This document shows, one piece after another, positions 9,407 through 18,723 of a DNA stretch of 39,941 nucleotides. The DNA comes from an uncultured Alphaproteobacteria bacterium. GTDB taxonomy: Bacteria > Pseudomonadota > Alphaproteobacteria > Sneathiellales > Sneathiellaceae. The notes beneath the pieces are model-generated. The model ran no database searches. It was not told where the DNA came from and saw only the letters and a program-made list of their open reading frames with translations. The stretch spans positions 1 to 39,941 of the forward strand of contig CALEMG010000132.1 of assembly GCA_937910835.1 (NCBI GenBank), written 5' to 3'. The stretch's first letter is position 1. Every line of letters starts with the position of its first letter. The position numbers and the translations under genes are program-made.

Positions 9407-12238
9407 CTAATCAACGCCATCAATAAAGGTTTCGACAAAGCTACGGATTTTATCAATAATGCGCTCCGCTGTAGTACCCCGCTCCCGCAGTGAGGGGCGT
9501 TTATCCATGATCTCAATCACCTCATCGCGCATAGGCGGTTTTTCTGTAAACAGATAGTTGCCAAGAACCTTTTCCAACCCTTCCGGGTCAAGCCCTTCCT
9601 CTTCACCCATTGTCGCTAGGGCTTTACGCTTCTCTTCTGTCCAGTAAGCATCAAACTCATCCCCAACATCCGCAGTGGCTGGCATATCGGGAAAATGCTG
9701 CGAAATAAATTTTTCGATCAGTTCCTTTTTGCTTCTGAGCTGGGCTTCAGTATCCAGAAGATCCATAATCGACTTGCGGGCTTTCGCCTGCTCTTCCGGT
9801 TTCTTATCCTGCATATTGCGAAGCAGGCCGATGATATAGCTGACATTGATTTTATCACGGCTGATCAGTTCAATCTCAAAATCAAGATCATCCAGAATTG
9901 AAATCTTCTCTTTTTCTTTTTCGCTGCGCACCTTGTCATACAAATCAAGATACTTGCTCCGGAAATCTGAAAAGAGCTGCTCACTCATAGGCAGATCGTC
10001 AAAGGTAAACTCGGTGAAGCAGTCAAGAACGTTCTTGATCCGGATAACTTCGCGGAAAGCCTGAATAAACTTCGCTTCGTCTTCTTCAGTTAAGAGCTTA
10101 TCGACACTGTCTACATCCGGGGTAATCGCGAGAAGGTTGGCAACGGCTTGCCCAAATTTCCGAACATAATCTTCATAAGGCGCGAGGATAATATCTTCCT
10201 GCGCGTCCTTATTGGCAAAAAGCTCAATGGCCTTATCCGTCGCTGGCTTGAGGTTCCGGAAACAAACGATATTCCCCTGCGACTTCTTTTGCCCCATCGT
10301 TCTGTTCGTGCGGGAATAGGCTTGCAAAAGGCCGTGGAATTTCAGGTTTTTATCAACATAGATGGTATTCAGCGGTTTGCTGTCAAAGCCTGTCAGAAAC
10401 ATGTTTACAACCAGGAGAATATCGATTTCCTTGTTCTTCACCCGCTAGCCGACATCCTTGTAATAGGCATAAAACGATTTGCTATCTTTTGTCGTGTAAT
10501 TCGTGCCGAACATCTTGTTGTAATCAGCGATATACTCATCCAGCTTTTCACGGCTATGTTTGTTCTCAGGGGCATCGTCATCCGGCATATCATCGCCGGT
10601 CCCCATGCCATCGGCATCAGCATCTTCTTCATTCGCCTGATAGGAGAAGATCGTGGCAACTTTCAGGTCATGCAGTCCCGCTTCTTTCTTGGCGCGGAAT
10701 AGCTCGTAATAGGCTGTGAGCGTTTTCACATTGGACACGCAGAACATAGCCGTGAACTCGCGGGAATGTGTTTTCCGGTCATGGTTGGCAATGATGTAAT
10801 CAGTGATTTTTTCCAACCGCTCCGGCGCCTCCATAACTTCCGCCGTATCAATCGCCTCCACTTCAATATCGACAACCTCCTCTTTCTTTTTGAAGGTGCG
10901 AATATACTCAACGGAGAATTTCAGGACATTCTCATCCCGAATGGCGTCGGTAATCACATAGCTATGGAGCTGCTTTTCAAACAGGTCTTTGGTTGTGCGT
11001 TTGCCAAGTGCGTTCTTGGCGGCGTTTTCGGCAAAAATCGGTGTTCCCGTAAAACCGAACATCTGCACATTGTCGAAATATTCTTTAATCCGCCTGTGCG
11101 TTTCGCCAAACTGGCTGCGATGACATTCATCAAAGATGAAAACCATCTTCTTGTCTTTTAGGTCATCCATTGTTTTCAAATGGCGCTTTTTGCTAATCGC
11201 AGCATTCAGCTTCTGCAATGTCGTAACGATCAGAGGCGTATCGTTCCCGAATTGCTCAACCAGCTTGCCCGTGTTGTTTGTCGCGTCAACACTGCCCTCC
11301 TGGAAGGCGTTGAACTCCGCTATGGTCTGATAGTCGAGATCCTTACGATCAACAACGAAAACAACCTTATGCACTTTGGGGTTCTGGGTAAGGATCTGCG
11401 CCGCCTTGAAAGAGGTGAGCGTCTTCCCTGAGCCTGTTGTATGCCAGATATAGCCGTTTTTATTAGTGGTCAGAACCTGTGCGACAATTGCCTCCACCGC
11501 GTAATATTGATAGGGGCGCAGCGCCATCAGCATTTTGTGGCTCTCGTTCAGGACAATGTATTTTGTGATCAGCTTGGAAAGCTGGCATTTTTCAAGGAAG
11601 ACATCCGCGAATTTGCTGAGCTGCGTTATGCGGTTATTCTGCTTGTCTGCCCAGAAAAATGTCTGCTTGAAATCCCGCTTGGTGACGGGATTGTTCGCAT
11701 AGTATTTGGTATTCACGCCGTTGCTGATCACAAACATCTGGATATAGCCGAACAATCCATAGCCCGCCGCGAAGCTGTGCCGGTGATAGCGGTTTGTCTG
11801 GTTAAACGCCTCTTTCATCTCAAGGCCGCGCCGTTTCAGCTCGATCTGGCAGAGCGGCAAGCCGTTCACCAGCAATGTCACGTCATAACGATTGGTATAT
11901 TTCCCCACCATCGTAATCTGATGCGTGACTTGGTATTCGTTCTTGCACCAATGGACCTGGTTTATCAGCTCGATATAGCCCGTCGTGCCATCATCCTTTG
12001 TATAGTCGATCTTATCTCGCAGGATTTTGGCTTTTTCGAATATATTCCCCCGCGCCAGCTTGTTCAAAACCTGCCGGAATTCATAATCAGAGAGCAAAAC
12101 CTTGTTGTGCTTTTCGAGCTGCCGCTTGAGGTTGACCAGCAAGTCCTCCTCATTGGCAATCGCAACCTTCTCCCAGCCCAGCGTTTCAAGCTGGGCAACA
12201 AGGGCATTTTCCAGTTGCTGTTCGGTCTGCGTGCTCAT
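9407..12238 (-). pseudogene. hsdR: Type I restriction enzyme R subunit, interrupted by one in-frame TAG at 10445-10447
   Basis: Nuclease RYDVTLLVNGLPLCQIELK, HTTGSGKT, DECHRS, FTGTP; then KDVG*RVKNKEIDILLVVNMFLTGFD and QAYSRTNR continue in the same frame. Confidence 0.9.
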
Positions 12239-12753
12239 TAGGGATCTGAATTGCGCTTTTTTGCTCGTTCATCGGCAATGAATGATTTCATAGCTTCAAT
12301 CATTTCTAGCGCAAAACGCTTATGATACGACAGGCTTTGATGTTCGTAAAAATAGCGAAACTCTTCAAATCCATTGCTAATTATATCCATATTTTCCTTA
12401 TATTGATCGAATGTCACGTAATTATATTTTTTCATATGAATATTAAAAATAGCGGTCTGGGCGTCTTCAGGAAGTTTCTCAAAAAGTTTCCTGATGTTAT
12501 GACCTCTTTGCTTTCTACCTATCACTTCAAAAACTGCTTTAATGTATAGTTCAACAGCAAATGCTAAGCAGACAAAATCTGCAACACCTATTTGTTGATC
12601 TGTTGCATATCCAATTTCTTCTACTTTATCTTCAGGGTTTTCAGCGTTATGTCTTCGCGCTCTCTCCACTCGAAGCCTAATTAACTCGTTATCATGACGT
12701 TCCAGAATATAGAATGAGTTTAGAAAATGCTCTGCTTGCGTTGTTATTGCCAT
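12238..12753 (-). CDS. HEPN-like protein B embedded between hsdS and hsdR
   Basis: LAFAVELYIKA, GHNIRKLF, RYFYEH resemble HEPN helices/motifs; ATG 12753 follows AGGGGGTG; stop overlaps hsdR start (TAATG). Family call is by eye. Confidence 0.65.
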   Translation of the reverse strand: MAITTQAEHFLNSFYILERHDNELIRLRVERARRHNAENPEDKVEEIGYATDQQIGVADFVCLAFAVELYIKAVFEVIGRKQRGHNIRKLFEKLPEDAQTAIFNIHMKKYNYVTFDQYKENMDIISNGFEEFRYFYEHQSLSYHKRFALEMIEAMKSFIADERAKKRNSDP

Positions 12754-12765
12754 ATTGAACACCCC

Positions 12766-13944
12766 CTACACGAACATCTGTTGCAAAAGGCCTTTTTTAA
12801 AAATCTTGGCTTTATTCAGCTCTCCAGAAACCAGTGCGATTTTGTTGTCAATTTCAGATAAAAAATCAGCGATTTTCTTTTGTTCGTCTAGGTGCGGTAT
12901 TGGAAGGGCTATCTCTTTAAGAATGCTGAAGTGTCGCTTATACCCTTCTGCTTCAACATTGAAGAATTGTAACGCGTAGTATAGATATCTTATCTTGTCC
13001 CCTTTGGAGCTAAGTATTTTTGTACCATCTGCGCCAACCACGAATTTAAAATCTAAAAATTTGACTGCCGTTGTGTGATCACCAAAAATTACTACAGGGA
13101 TCTCTTTTGCGTTAAAAATCTTATTTTCTTGATCTGTGTAGCCTGCTATAGAGCTTTGTCCCTGATCAACTACAGGAATTTCCCCAGTCTCCAAAATTTC
13201 GTTGCTTTTTATTTGAAACCGCTTGGTTGGAATTGGCGAAAATGCGTTTGCAACCGTTTTTTTACCCCAATCAGGGAAGGGGTTGCCGTTGTCGTCGGTG
13301 AAGCGGATAGCCTGAGAAAAGAGCTTTTGCATACAGCCCTTTTTATAGACCTCCAGCAGGTCTTTCTTTTTCTGGAGCTGGGCAATCTTCTCATCCACCG
13401 CCCCCAAAAACGCCGCGATTTTTTTCTGTTCGGGAACTTTGGGAAAGAAAAATTTATAGCTACGAAGCTTTTCAAGTGTAATTCTTGTGATCGCCTGTCC
13501 CGCAATAGACTCCAAAATTCTTCTCTGACCGTTGCCCGAGGCTAAAATTTGATAAAGAAAAGAATGCAAACATTTTTCTGGATTAGCTCTTAAAAAAGCT
13601 ACACTAGATAATAAGCTAAATGGCTCTTTCAATGTATTAATACATACGTTTCCTGTACTAGCTCCATCTTTAGTAAGCAAAACATCGTTTTCCGATACAT
13701 CACATCGCTTGTAAATATTACGGTGCTCATGCTCACTTACAAAGGATACATCGTTTAAATCTAAATACCCCATACGAATATTTTTTGACGTTATATATAA
13801 ATACTTACCGTCTTCAGTAAGCTGCGGCGAAAAATGTGTTCCATCTTGAATTTTTGACGTAACAGCATTTAGAGCCAAATAATGCCAATCCCCATCAAAC
13901 TCAGGAAATCTTAACGCGGGAGTATTCTGCTCTTGCTTTGGCAT
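12766..13944 (-). CDS. hsdS: Type I R-M specificity subunit
   Basis: PALRFPEF start, two TRDs each followed by EQKKIAxFL...KKG(C/L)xQxxF repeats. Confidence 0.95.
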   Translation of the reverse strand: MPKQEQNTPALRFPEFDGDWHYLALNAVTSKIQDGTHFSPQLTEDGKYLYITSKNIRMGYLDLNDVSFVSEHEHRNIYKRCDVSENDVLLTKDGASTGNVCINTLKEPFSLLSSVAFLRANPEKCLHSFLYQILASGNGQRRILESIAGQAITRITLEKLRSYKFFFPKVPEQKKIAAFLGAVDEKIAQLQKKKDLLEVYKKGCMQKLFSQAIRFTDDNGNPFPDWGKKTVANAFSPIPTKRFQIKSNEILETGEIPVVDQGQSSIAGYTDQENKIFNAKEIPVVIFGDHTTAVKFLDFKFVVGADGTKILSSKGDKIRYLYYALQFFNVEAEGYKRHFSILKEIALPIPHLDEQKKIADFLSEIDNKIALVSGELNKAKIFKKGLLQQMFV

Positions 13945-13947
13945 CGC

Positions 13948-15537
13948 TTACCCCTTCAAACCAAACGGGGCTTTAATACCAAGCTCTTCGCAAAATCCGG
14001 CGATGACACTATCCGTTTCCTCTATTCCATCCTCAAGCTGGATAAGCTCGTTCGCCACAGCCTCCAGATCGACCGGCTCTTCCTCCTCAAACGTATCGAC
14101 ATAGCGCGGAATGTTGAGGTTATAGCCGTTTTCAGCAATCTCAGCTAATGGCGCGGCGTAGGCGTATTTGTCAACGCTCTCCCGCTTGGCATAGGCATCG
14201 ACAATCTTTTGAACATGAAGATCGGTCAGCCTGTTTTTATTGCCCTCTTTTTCGAAGTCCGCGCTCGCGTCAATAAACAGGATATCGTCATCCTGCTTGC
14301 GGCATTTTTTCAGCACCAGAATACAGGCGGGGATGGACGTGCCGTAAAACACATTCGGCGGCAGGCCAATCACCGCATCCAGATAGTTTTGATCCTTGAT
14401 AATATATTCGCGGATTTTCCCCTCCGCTGCGCCCCGAAACAGCACGCCATGCGGCAACACAACCGCGCCTGTGCCATTATCCGCCAGTTGGTAAATGATA
14501 TGCTGCACGAACGCGAAATCCGCCTTTGACGTCGGTGCAAGCGCCCCATATTGACTGAACCTGTCATCGGTTTCATTGAGCGGGTTATCCTTGCCCTTCC
14601 ACTGCGCCGAGAACGGGGGATTGGCGACAATCGCCTCAAACTCCATGCCTTCATGCTGCGGCTCCTCCAGTGTGTCTTCCTGACGGATATCAAAGCGGCT
14701 GTAATGCACGTCATGCAGGATCATATTCATACGGCAGAGGTTATAGGTAGTGCGGTTAAGCTCCTGCCCGAAAAATTCTCCCACCTTGGTTTCCCTGCCA
14801 ATCCGCAAGAGCAATGAACCCGATCCGCAAGCCGGGTCATAGGCGTTTTTAATCTGCCCCTTGCCCATGGTGACAATCTTGGCCAGAACTTTTGATACTT
14901 GCGCCGGTGTATAAAATTCCCCCGCCTTTTTACCCGCGCCCGATGCAAATTGAGCGATCAGATACTCATAGGCATCCCCCAGAACATCGGAGTCAATTTC
15001 CTCAAGCCGGAAATCCACCGCATCAAGATGCGCGAGAACTTTGGCGATCAGGTTATTGCGCGCGTTGGGGCTACGCCCAAGCTTCGTGCTGGCAAGATCG
15101 ATATCTTCAAAGAGCTTGTTAAAATCATCCTCGCTCTCGTTCCCCATCGTGCTTTGCTCGATGGCGTTGAGGATGGATTGCAGATCTTCCAGAATGAAGT
15201 TGTCGGTGGCTTCCTCATCATCCTCATCAATCTTGATGTTGCCCTTTATGGTGAGGGCGCTGAACAGCTCATCCGGGCGCAGGAAATAGCCCAGCTTTTC
15301 CAGGGATTCTTCCTTGATCGCATCAAGGTCTTCCTCATCCTTCAGGTGCGCGTAGTCCTTAATGCTTTCGGTTTCCAGCAATCTATTGGCAAAGAGATTC
15401 TGCTTTTCAGACAGGTATTTATAGAAAATAAAGCCAAGAATATAATCGCGGAATTCATCCGCCCCCATCTTGCCCCGCAATTCGTTAGCGATCTTCCAAA
15501 GCTGGGCTTCAAGCTTTTGCTTCTGTTCTTCTGTCAT
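13948..15537 (-). CDS. hsdM: Type I R-M methyltransferase subunit
   Basis: LWKIANELRG, GEFYTP, YDPACGSGSLL, VANPPFS, VLPHGVLFRG, YNLNIPRYV. Confidence 0.97.
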   Translation of the reverse strand: MTEEQKQKLEAQLWKIANELRGKMGADEFRDYILGFIFYKYLSEKQNLFANRLLETESIKDYAHLKDEEDLDAIKEESLEKLGYFLRPDELFSALTIKGNIKIDEDDEEATDNFILEDLQSILNAIEQSTMGNESEDDFNKLFEDIDLASTKLGRSPNARNNLIAKVLAHLDAVDFRLEEIDSDVLGDAYEYLIAQFASGAGKKAGEFYTPAQVSKVLAKIVTMGKGQIKNAYDPACGSGSLLLRIGRETKVGEFFGQELNRTTYNLCRMNMILHDVHYSRFDIRQEDTLEEPQHEGMEFEAIVANPPFSAQWKGKDNPLNETDDRFSQYGALAPTSKADFAFVQHIIYQLADNGTGAVVLPHGVLFRGAAEGKIREYIIKDQNYLDAVIGLPPNVFYGTSIPACILVLKKCRKQDDDILFIDASADFEKEGNKNRLTDLHVQKIVDAYAKRESVDKYAYAAPLAEIAENGYNLNIPRYVDTFEEEEPVDLEAVANELIQLEDGIEETDSVIAGFCEELGIKAPFGLKG

Positions 15538-15632
15538 GATTTCTTCTTTTAATGATGCTTACTCTGAAACGACGCAAATCAGACTGCGATTGAATTCGAT
15601 GAAAATCGCAATCCTCCCCCCTCACTTTCTTA

Positions 15633-16658
15633 TCATGCAAAACCAATCTTGGCCTCCGAAATAATCCGTCTTTGTTCCATCACAGACAACTGACCATAGC
15701 TGTTGAGCGTTGTATCAATAGACATATGCCCCAGGTTCTGCCGGACAGCATTCAGGAACGCCGGGCTTTGAGACTCTGCATATCGCGCCAATGTCTTGCG
15801 GAAGGAATGGGGTTTGATATATCCGTACCCCGCACTTTCAAACGCATTTTTGAATATACCCCTGATTGTAGTGTTAGACTTGATTTCCTCTTTTTTGATT
15901 TTCTGTTCAAGCAGATTATTCCGCGCGAAATGATTGTCAACTCGCGGGAAAAGAGGATCTGAATCCTTGAAACCCAAAGTGCCCAAGTATCCATGCCACT
16001 CAATTACGCTGGCGATAACGTCATCCGGAAGCGGAATAAAAACCGCATGACGCGTTTTGGCGAATTTGACGCTCATGTTCTTCGGGGTGACATAGATAAA
16101 ATACTGCCCGTCTTCCTCAACCAGGCTGTTCATTTTCACCGTTCGCAATTCCGAAATGCGAAGCGTACTTAGTGCTTGCAGGGATATGATCGCTTTATCA
16201 CGCTTTTCCTTATCCGTATCGCCCGGCATTTGGCGGATTGTCTGGATGATCTGATCATATTTATACGCCTTTTGGTATTCCGCCGCCTTTGCCGTTTTCC
16301 GCTGATTCCGGGAAACATTCAGATAATCAATATGATTGTAGTTGATCTTGCTGCGATAACCGCGCTGGCGCTCCAGCCAGTTTAGAAAATCTTTGAGGGC
16401 GCGGATATTATCGGTGATATAGGAAAGCGAGAGATTGGCGCTAAACATCCCTTGGATATATTTGTCCGCGACGTAATCGTTGAATTTCTCAAATCCCGCA
16501 AATCTCATGAAGATCTCGAAATCACGAATATGCTTCAGGGCTGCAAGAATAGTCTTCTCATCCTTCTGGCCAATGCGCCGCAAATGTTTGCGATACTTAT
16601 ATTTCATGCGCTCACTCACAGGGTTGTACTGATCCGGATTTTTGTCACGTTTCTTCAA
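15633..16658 (-). CDS. Tyrosine recombinase (second, non-P4 type)
   Basis: Catalytic set visible: LRISE (R), VKFAK (K), HSFR, LGH, SYG (Y); start overlaps the upstream gene's stop by 4 nt. Confidence 0.85.
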   Translation of the reverse strand: MKKRDKNPDQYNPVSERMKYKYRKHLRRIGQKDEKTILAALKHIRDFEIFMRFAGFEKFNDYVADKYIQGMFSANLSLSYITDNIRALKDFLNWLERQRGYRSKINYNHIDYLNVSRNQRKTAKAAEYQKAYKYDQIIQTIRQMPGDTDKEKRDKAIISLQALSTLRISELRTVKMNSLVEEDGQYFIYVTPKNMSVKFAKTRHAVFIPLPDDVIASVIEWHGYLGTLGFKDSDPLFPRVDNHFARNNLLEQKIKKEEIKSNTTIRGIFKNAFESAGYGYIKPHSFRKTLARYAESQSPAFLNAVRQNLGHMSIDTTLNSYGQLSVMEQRRIISEAKIGFA

Positions 16659-17170
16659 AATAGATCCCCCTGCAAGGACTCACTTGTCGCGTTTCGCACT
16701 TGTGCCGGAATGTGAGTCTTACCGGTGGAAGCTGCAAAATCGTATAATTCCAAAACATCAACCAGTCTGAATTGATGCCTAAGCGGCGGCATATCAGTCA
16801 GCTTGTAGTTTTTGAACATTACATTTTTGCACTCTCGACAAGCACCTTGGACCTTCAAAAATTGTGCATTTTGTTCCACAGATATCTTGTTTCTGAAAAT
16901 AGGCCGCGCATCCTGACATCTCATGCAATACATCTCGCCAAAGGCGGTTTTACATTTGTTGGCGTTGTTATTCTTTTTGAGAAACTCGATCAGATCGCAC
17001 CCATATACCAAGGCAGGTTTTCCGGCATCTATGGTTTTCAAGCCTTTTCTGAACCATTTCCTGACCGTCTGGGCATGCAATCCAAAATCAGAAAACAGGG
17101 CGCAAATATCATCAATGTCATAGACAAACCAATATCGCACCCGCTTATGTGGGTACAAACGCTTGGACAC
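16655..17170 (-). CDS. Xis/MerR-like helix-turn-helix protein with C-terminal Cys4 motif
   Basis: YDIDDICALF..GLHAQTVRKWFRKGL (HTH), then CMRC and CREC pairs. Confidence 0.7.
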   Translation of the reverse strand: MSKRLYPHKRVRYWFVYDIDDICALFSDFGLHAQTVRKWFRKGLKTIDAGKPALVYGCDLIEFLKKNNNANKCKTAFGEMYCMRCQDARPIFRNKISVEQNAQFLKVQGACRECKNVMFKNYKLTDMPPLRHQFRLVDVLELYDFAASTGKTHIPAQVRNATSESLQGDLF

Positions 17171-17173
17171 GGC

Positions 17174-17356
17174 CTAATCCTGCTTAGACGTTATCAGCTC
17201 TCTTATATCCTCAACCCGCCAGGCTGTGATCTTTGGACCTAACTTCACCGGCTTTGGATACCGCCCTTCTTTCACTCCTGCCCACCAATGGGACCTGCTA
17301 ACAGGGTAGACTTTCAGGACATCAGGAAGGCGGACAAATCCGACCTCAGGTAAAAT
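17174..17356 (-). CDS. alpA: AlpA-family excisionase/regulator, no canonical start codon
   Basis: Translated by hand: ILPEVGFVRLPDVLKVYPVSRSHWWAGVKEGRYPKPVKLGPKITAWRVEDIRELITSKQD*; not in the ORF track; true start uncertain. Confidence 0.85.
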   Translation of the reverse strand: MLPEVGFVRLPDVLKVYPVSRSHWWAGVKEGRYPKPVKLGPKITAWRVEDIRELITSKQD

Positions 17357-17448
17357 AGAATCAAACTCCGTTTCATTAAATCCAGAGCGATATATCTTGA
17401 TTTTTCTTGAGACTTGAACGTTGAAAGGGTTTCGTGAGCGATAAATTC

Positions 17449-17507
17449 AAGGGTGACACCCTTAGATATTTTCGCACAATTTCAATGTGTTAATGGGAGA
17501 CACCCTT
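17449..17507. promoter_or_regulatory. Two palindromic boxes upstream of alpA
   Basis: AAGGGTGACACCCTT (17449-17463, perfect 7-1-7) and ATGGGAGACACCCTT (17493-17507). Confidence 0.5.
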
Positions 17508-17521
17508 TGTTGATTTAAGAC

Positions 17522-18172
17522 CTATTCCCAAGGGGTATTGCCACCCTTCTTATCTTCTGGACGGCGCAACATTGTCGCCATTGACTCAATCATCCTGTCA
17601 GATTTTCCCTCAAGATCAGCAGGCCAGTTCTGTCTCAGCCAATCGATAATTACGCTTTTGCTAGTCCGCTTCTCTGGTGTTAATTCGAGGGCATTAACAG
17701 CCTGAATCATGAACTGAATATAGGGTGGAAAATATTGTGTGTTTACCCGCTGCTCAACTTTTGTGCTAGGCTCTTCCTCAACAGGCTTACCTTCCAGAAA
17801 GTCATTGAATTGGTTTCTATCAACATAGAGATATCTGCCACTTCTCCCGCGAGAGAAACCCTCATTCCCATATGGGATATTTCCTCTCAAAAAGCACTCA
17901 ATAGCCTTACCGCTCCGAAAAAAGCCGTCGCCTATAGGAAGTTTTTCGCCGTCTAAGCCATCAATTGTGAATATGCTAAATCCGGGTGTACTGAGTTTAT
18001 AGTAGATTAGGTGTTGAGCTATCACATCCTTACCGGAAACAGGCTGCCCTCTTTCGCTTTCCTTTTGAGCGAAAAGCCGCATTGCTTCCCAGATCCAAAT
18101 CGCCTCAGGAATAACTACCCCATATGGTGTAATTTCTTTCTCTGAAGAAGTTGTAGAATCCGATTTATCCAA
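17522..18172 (-). CDS. Hypothetical island protein
   Basis: 216-aa ORF co-oriented with the island genes, filling the gap; TTG start uncertain; no recognised family. Confidence 0.65.
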   Translation of the reverse strand: MDKSDSTTSSEKEITPYGVVIPEAIWIWEAMRLFAQKESERGQPVSGKDVIAQHLIYYKLSTPGFSIFTIDGLDGEKLPIGDGFFRSGKAIECFLRGNIPYGNEGFSRGRSGRYLYVDRNQFNDFLEGKPVEEEPSTKVEQRVNTQYFPPYIQFMIQAVNALELTPEKRTSKSVIIDWLRQNWPADLEGKSDRMIESMATMLRRPEDKKGGNTPWE

Positions 18173-18258
18173 TAACTTGCGCCCTAACCGACCAAGACTT
18201 TGTTGATGCCTGCATTACTAGAACGAGATTATACTTTGTTTCCGCGAGTGTTGGTAAT

Positions 18259-18723
18259 TTATCGTGCACGCTCTGCATCAGAGGCAGATTTCACGGACTC
18301 TATGAGAGCCAAGACAAACGATTCTTCATACTTTAACATCTGTTTTTCGTGAGCATAACGCCACTCTTTAAAGCCATTGCTTATTGTTCTTATTTGATCA
18401 ACGAACCGATCATAAGGAGTGTAGGCCTTATCATATAGTTTAGGTGAAAAGATATCCCCTCTGGTGTTGAATGGGTTTTGACGGATAGAATCGTGAGCAA
18501 AAATCTCTTGCTTGATTTGTGACGGTAACATTTCAAAAAGTTTTATGATGTCATGGCCACGAGGCGCTTTACCTTTCAGTGCTGAATGAAGCTCTTTAAA
18601 ATAAAGCTCTAGCGAAAATGCCAAGCATACGACGCTTGGACCAACTATGAGCTCGCTATGGTTTTTCAATACTTTGTAAGCATTAAAAAAGTCATCGGCT
18701 TGTATCCGTATATGCCAAGACAT
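18259..18723 (-). CDS. HEPN-like protein A, directly after the integrase
   Basis: VCLAFSLELYFK, RGHDIIKLFEMLP, ISNGFKEWRYAHE; clear paralog of 12238-12753; ATG abuts the integrase TAG. Confidence 0.65.
   Translation of the reverse strand: MSWHIRIQADDFFNAYKVLKNHSELIVGPSVVCLAFSLELYFKELHSALKGKAPRGHDIIKLFEMLPSQIKQEIFAHDSIRQNPFNTRGDIFSPKLYDKAYTPYDRFVDQIRTISNGFKEWRYAHEKQMLKYEESFVLALIESVKSASDAERAR

Noticed and set aside
11441-12241. 266-aa plus-strand ORF and similar ORFs opposite hsdM/hsdR
   Set aside because: Antisense shadows of well-supported genes with no motifs of their own.
15585-15610. TGCGATT/AATCGCA inverted repeat before hsdM
   Set aside because: 7-bp stem without a U-tract and no partner site found; too weak to call terminator or recombination site.
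12766-16658. hsdS shufflon driven by the second recombinase
   Set aside because: Only one hsdS, no silent TRD copies and no inverted repeats seen.
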